Shown one piece after another: positions 58,691-63,947 of a stretch of 63,947 nucleotides of DNA (positions are counted from its first letter, which is position 1; each line of letters begins with the position of its first letter). The notes below the pieces were generated by a model. That model was not told the origin of the DNA and searched no databases. It saw nothing but the letters and a program-made list of their open reading frames with translations. Position numbers and translations under genes: made by a program. This stretch comes from Phoronis australis (Eukaryota; Animalia; Phoronida): positions 149,571 through 213,517 of the forward strand of contig NMRA01000504.1 in assembly GCA_002633005.1 (NCBI GenBank), given 5' to 3'.

Positions 58691-61359
58691 ACTGGGAAAG
58701 GTTCTCTTTGTACTTCCTTGATGTTGTTAGTTTCCAATAGTATTGCGCAATGAATTTTCTACAAAACTTAATCACTTGCTTTCCATACCTGTGCACACTA
58801 CACACACGGAGCATGTCATGACTGAAGCACCCACGATAAAAATAAGGTGCAACTATGCACCTGCGCAGAATCTCAGTGATCTACGGGAGCTGAATTTGAA
58901 CACCAGGCGTTGAAGTATGTACATTTTTGGGACACACTCTGTACGTATCATTTCCCCCAGCCACAAGAAAATGGACTACCGGCTGTGTTTTATCAAAGAA
59001 TTTTGAAAGGCCATAAAGGCACTCGTACCAGGGACCTAGGGACCTCACCTTTCCAAAAAATTCCTTCAAAGAATGGCCATGATTAAATGAAGTTTTCCCA
59101 AAACTTGATCATAATAAAACCAATCTTGACCTTAGAGCCAGCGCAGAAGAATAGGCACGAGCTAATTAGTAAGCTACCTGTCTCAAGTGAATCATAGCTG
59201 AGCTGACCAGCGACCAGCTCTAGTTCATCGAATCCACTGTTGGAACCCTGCTAGACCCATCAGTGCGCTGACCCTAGACATTCTTACTCTCCGTGAAACT
59301 TTGTTGATTCACGGTTACTCAAATCCTGATGCCTGCATCTCAGGTATTACCCACCAACCCACTTATGGCGGACGCGGGGTGTCGGTACAATTATGGTAAC
59401 ATCCAGAGAACGGAAGGGGAGGGGGTGGCGATAGGAAGGAGGTAGATTGGCGAGGTCGAATTTGTTTGTGCCCCCCTCAATAATTTTTACCTTCCTACGG
59501 GCCTGTACTGGTATTGCCTCGGGGATATTCAGCCGTAGCAAGAATCGTCTTGGGAAGGTGGGCTCTCACGTATTATCTCAGTTGGCGGGGCATCGCTTTG
59601 ATTGCTTTGCGGTAATAGTGGTATCGACGGTCTTGGGTGGGTAAACACTTCCGAAAACGTAGGCTCACGCGGCGACGGGGAGGGGTGTGGAGCACGCGGG
59701 ACCGAAGGGTTGTTTATTATTTGGTACATCCATTTTCCGGTTGTCTTGGAATCAGATGTTGGTCCGCATCGGATTTTAATAGTACATGGGACCCCGGGAA
59801 AATTAGCTGGTGAACATGACAGCAACTACTTTCTTTTTCTTCAAAATAGAAATTAGCATTTCAGGTGGAGTCATGACTACGAAATGTGCCCGAAGTTGCA
59901 TTACCTCGAATTACACTCTCCAAAATTTAGACTATAATTGACAGTAAAAACGCAAACACTGCACCTAGAAGACCACTCCTAGTGTAGTACTTTCATACCA
60001 CTCGACACGCGAAATTCATTTTCTCTTTTAATTGAGTGAAAACAAAAGAAATGTACAAAAATCGTTTCTGTAAGCAACTGTGGAGAAGGCGAAGAAAGTT
60101 CCGCACCTCTTTCGGTAGCCCTACGCGTGACAACCTTTGCCATACTATTGTAACCTCTGTTGAAATGTGATTTAATAGGTGCGAAATGAAATCATTTGCT
60201 ATTTAATTATTAGAATGAATTTGTTTAAAAGCAGCTTTATTCTTTCTCTAAGTGAGTAAATTTTATGAGAGGAGCCACGAACCAGCGAGTAAAATAACGT
60301 AGCGAGCATTTGAAGTCAGGCGCCAGTCACTGAGTACTGGATCGTAAAACGGAGCAATAAAAAGAAAAGAAACATAAACCACGGCTTATTCTATTTATTT
60401 TCTCCTCACCGCCTCGCACTACATCGGGATGCAAGGATTTTATCGCCCTTTTATTGCTCATTGAGAGCGATCTGGTGATGTTATCACAATGCAATAGAGA
60501 TAAAGGCATTCGCCATGTGTTCTTTTTATAATGCACCAGCTCAATAAAAGTTTGATTGAATATTCACGCGGCCTTTGAAGGTTTGTTTGGGAATGAACAA
60601 TCAGAAACTAGATTTGTATAGAGCCCTTCGGCCGTGTGCTAAAGACTAAAGGAAACCTCGTACTGAACAGACGGTTCGGCTCGTTTTGATTAACCGATCC
60701 TGTGTCCGAAAGCGTTGGTTAACAGCGGGGTTCGACTGTATCGATATAACCCAACGAGCTACAGAAAGGGCCAATTAAGTTTTCCACTGCGAGATTTCAG
60801 TTACAAAGGCTTGCTGTAATGTGATTACTGCGGATTCCAACAGAGCGTGTGGGCTTCTCTTGCGGTTGCCGGTAGGCTCAAGGCTGACCTTTGTTCGTCG
60901 GAGCGTTTCGCGACTTTTTGTGCAGCTCGGAAACATTTTGTTATAATATATATATACGGAGAAGCTGCTGCCTACGTGAACTACGTGTTACGATTGCCCA
61001 TTCTTAATTTAACAAGCTAAAGAAGAGGTCGTCGACTTTGAACAACTGTGTGTGTGTTCTGGAGTAGAAAATCTTCAACAGAAGGGAACGATCGCAGCAC
61101 ATGTTCTGTTAATTTTAAGATTTAAACCGCAATTTTTGTGATCGGTACCCAGCCGACTACGCCTGAGGAGATTCAGTTCGGGCAATGTACAAAACTATTT
61201 TTATGGCAGGAAATGGGTTTTCAAGAGGCTGGGAATGAGTGGCACTTTGTTACGTGATAATTTTTTTTGAATTGGAACTTTCCGTATTATGAAAGCTGTA
61301 GATTTTGCGAGCATCGACAGAAGCGGGCCATCAACACCGGGGAGCCTACACAGAGAACC

Positions 61360-61434
61360 ATGCCGCAAAGTTGGCGTGTTTGTGTAATCTTTGACCGACC
61401 CACACGGATACTGTTGATAGTGTTTGTGCTAACC
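61360..61434 (+). CDS. Possible first coding exon of a secreted or type II membrane protein continuing downstream
   Basis: AACCATG context, MPQSWRVCVIFDRPTRILLIVFVLT, then a consensus GTAAGT donor. No downstream exon was identified. Confidence 0.3.
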
Positions 61435-63711
61435 GTAAGTATTATTGTTGTTTCCGTCTTGATTTCTCAACCCAGTGTTCTATTATTCGGTACAAGGGAG
61501 ATAATTAATCAGTAATTTATGTGGTATAACAAAATTTATTTATGTTCAACTTCAAATCTAACAGGCTTGAATTATTTAGACAACCTTACGGCGACACACA
61601 GACACACGCGCACGCAAACAACTGAAATCTGTAAAGCATGAATGCACTGCGTCACTAATTTTCAGACATGACAGTTCAGTTCTTGCGAGGTCGCTAGACA
61701 GGTTGGACATCGGCGGCGTTTGAAATACTTTTTAATTAACGATAAAGTCGATAAGGAGTAGGGGGGACATTTGATCGCCTCATAGCGACAGGTAGTTGAT
61801 CCACCAACTCCATGTATTCAGTGCTGTAGTGGTAAAATTAGAGGTAAGTAGGCGCCCAAAGCCCATCGTATCGCTTTGAGCGCTGAATTTTGGAAGTACA
61901 TTGAACTCGCGAAACCTACACACACATGTAGGCCTCAAGAGTTGGTATTTACATAGAGTCTGCAGTAGTGGATCTTAGATGTCGTAGAAAGAGGTGGGTC
62001 CAACCATAAATATTTCGAATGCAAAATACTGATTGCATTCCAAGAGGTCTGTGAGGGGGCCCATGCACAATTATTAATGAAAATAGGAGTGCAACGCCCG
62101 GAATCGATATGCTGGCAGTGGGGTGTGTCCTCGGGGCCCTTCGCCCCCCCCCCCCCCTTCCCACTTTCTCCTATGGTGTGACGTTATAACTGTTTCTTTA
62201 TCTTGAAAGAATCATAAAAATTCCATTAACCGGCGTATTCCTAGTCAGGGTCTCGCGCACCGAAATGTTCTGCAAAAATGCTGTCGTCAGCGTAACGCAA
62301 TTGATGCCGTAAGCTATCGTATCGAGACTACGCCCCACTATACAGTCACTTACGATGAAATGTAAAAAGGTGGTTGACTGCAACTATGCGCGCTTACGCC
62401 CCACCATACAGTAACTTACTGTGGGTAGGCGCTACGTTAAAAAGAGGAAAGGTGGTTGGCTGCGCCTACGTGCGCCTACGCCCCACTACAGCACTGTATG
62501 TATTTAGTGCTCAGGTGCGAGGCCGGTGGCCACCCGTCAACAACAGTGGTCACCGAAGCTACAAAAAATGACAGGGGTGGACTTGTGACTGATTCACATT
62601 CTCACAGAAACTCAAAATTTCGTGTGAAACGAGAAATTTCTCTTATGTTGCATCGGTCTTTTTATCTTTTCTGTGTATGACTGGCGAAGTCATGCGAGAA
62701 AGATTTTACAAATTTATTGAAAAAATATGACAATGAGGTCCTTGTAAACTAAACACTTTAGTGTCTGGCAAGAGTATTACGCGTAATCATGGCAAGTGTA
62801 TTTTGAGAGTTGAAGTATAATATGCACGGTGTACCAAATTACACGTGTCCCTGTCCCCAAGTACCTCCGCTCGCCTCTGCTATTATAATCCTGTGATGTA
62901 AGCTGTTTTTACTGCCCCGAAGGCGTTAATTATGCGTCATTCAAGAAACCTCAAATCGTTTTATTATTACGCGTAAACCTATAAAACTGTGGTCGAATAA
63001 TAAACAAGACCGCGGGTTTCCAATAGTCACACCTTGTACTGATCTGAATATCGGCCACTTTATTTGGTTGTTCACGGGTCATTCGACTTTCATGTGTACC
63101 GCCCGCATTCAATTTTCCCTGCACTAAGCTATCAAAGATGGCGGTTTAATTATATTGGTGCCAACGAGTGCAGTTGCTTACCAGGAGTTAGGAAATAGGA
63201 CGGTGCGAAAGAATCGGATTGAACAGTAACATGCGATAACCAAATGAGCCCCGCGTAAATCAGGGACCCTGTCTCGCAGCTAGCCTGCGCTTCGCCTTGT
63301 AAACCTTGAAACTACATTTGGGAATAAATGTCTACAGAGGGAGAACATCTATAAAAGTAGTGGGCACTGACCTCCCCCGACTGTGCTGCAAATGAAGGCT
63401 TGGATCAAGTTCTTTGGGATGTAATGGTCGGGTAAGAGTCGTTGCCCAAGAGCCAAAGTTGTGCTTGCCTACTTTCAAGTTGGTTTAAATATACAGAACT
63501 TGGGGAAACAGAAATGATGGATTGAGGAAATGGCGCGACTCTTTCGTGCTTTTCGACGTTCAGCAAAAACTATTTCGAGCCCACCCTTTCATATATTGAG
63601 TTTGGTGAAGTGGCAGTTAATAGCAAGGAAGTAGCAAGTAAAACCGCGGATTATTAAGCTCCGTTTATAAGTGGTTAAAAACGAACATGGAAACTAGGCT
63701 TTGTATTCTCA

Positions 63712-63782
63712 CATGGGCGGCGCAGCGTTGAAAAATATGGAGGGCTATAGTTTCCCCAGCCCCCTATGGTGCGCCGCCCATG
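63712..63782. mobile_element. MITE family A monomer
   Basis: Perfect 13-bp TIR, CATGGGCGGCGCA and TGCGCCGCCCATG. Another copy begins at ~63914 and runs off the window. Confidence 0.75.
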
Positions 63783-63947
63783 TTGCCTAAACTCGGATTC
63801 ATAATATCCCTTACCATGATAGGGTTCTAAATTTATTTCCCTGTCCAACAAAACACTGAAATCACTACGACTCGATAAAACACTTCAGACTTTATTGGAG
63901 TTGGTCAACCCAAAGGCGGCGCACCATAGGGGGCTGGGGGGGGGGGG

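Noticed and set aside
58881-59856. GC-richer stretch with several overlapping ORFs
   Set aside because: No recognisable domain or consistent reading frame.

Overview
AT-rich eukaryotic genomic DNA, probably from a marine invertebrate bilaterian (spliceosomal GT-AG introns, many MITEs, assembly gaps). I reconstructed two intact, divergently transcribed multi-exon genes by hand. The first is a MAGUK p55-subfamily scaffold (MPP2/MPP6-like; L27-L27-PDZ-SH3-HOOK-GuK; minus strand, 727-11056; 12 coding exons, about 551 aa). The second is a Dispatched-like RND/sterol-sensing-domain transporter (plus strand, 32683-45864; 10 coding exons, about 1061 aa). The most unusual part is about 52.3-56.6 kb, which reads as a decayed IS3-like DDE transposon. 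From left to right it has a TACGG start, about 27 copies of a two-variant 21-bp palindromic repeat, a frameshifted integrase-core transposase, and a convergent, spliced, 5'-truncated G2E3-type HECT E3 ubiquitin-ligase gene, apparently carried as cargo. The rest contains an Academ-like element with a 4-bp TSD, MITEs with 5-bp TSDs, a three-layer nested insertion (TTAA element > LINE > MITE), RTE-X-like LINE remnants and a THAP-domain pseudogene. Family names come from motif recognition only; no database search was run.
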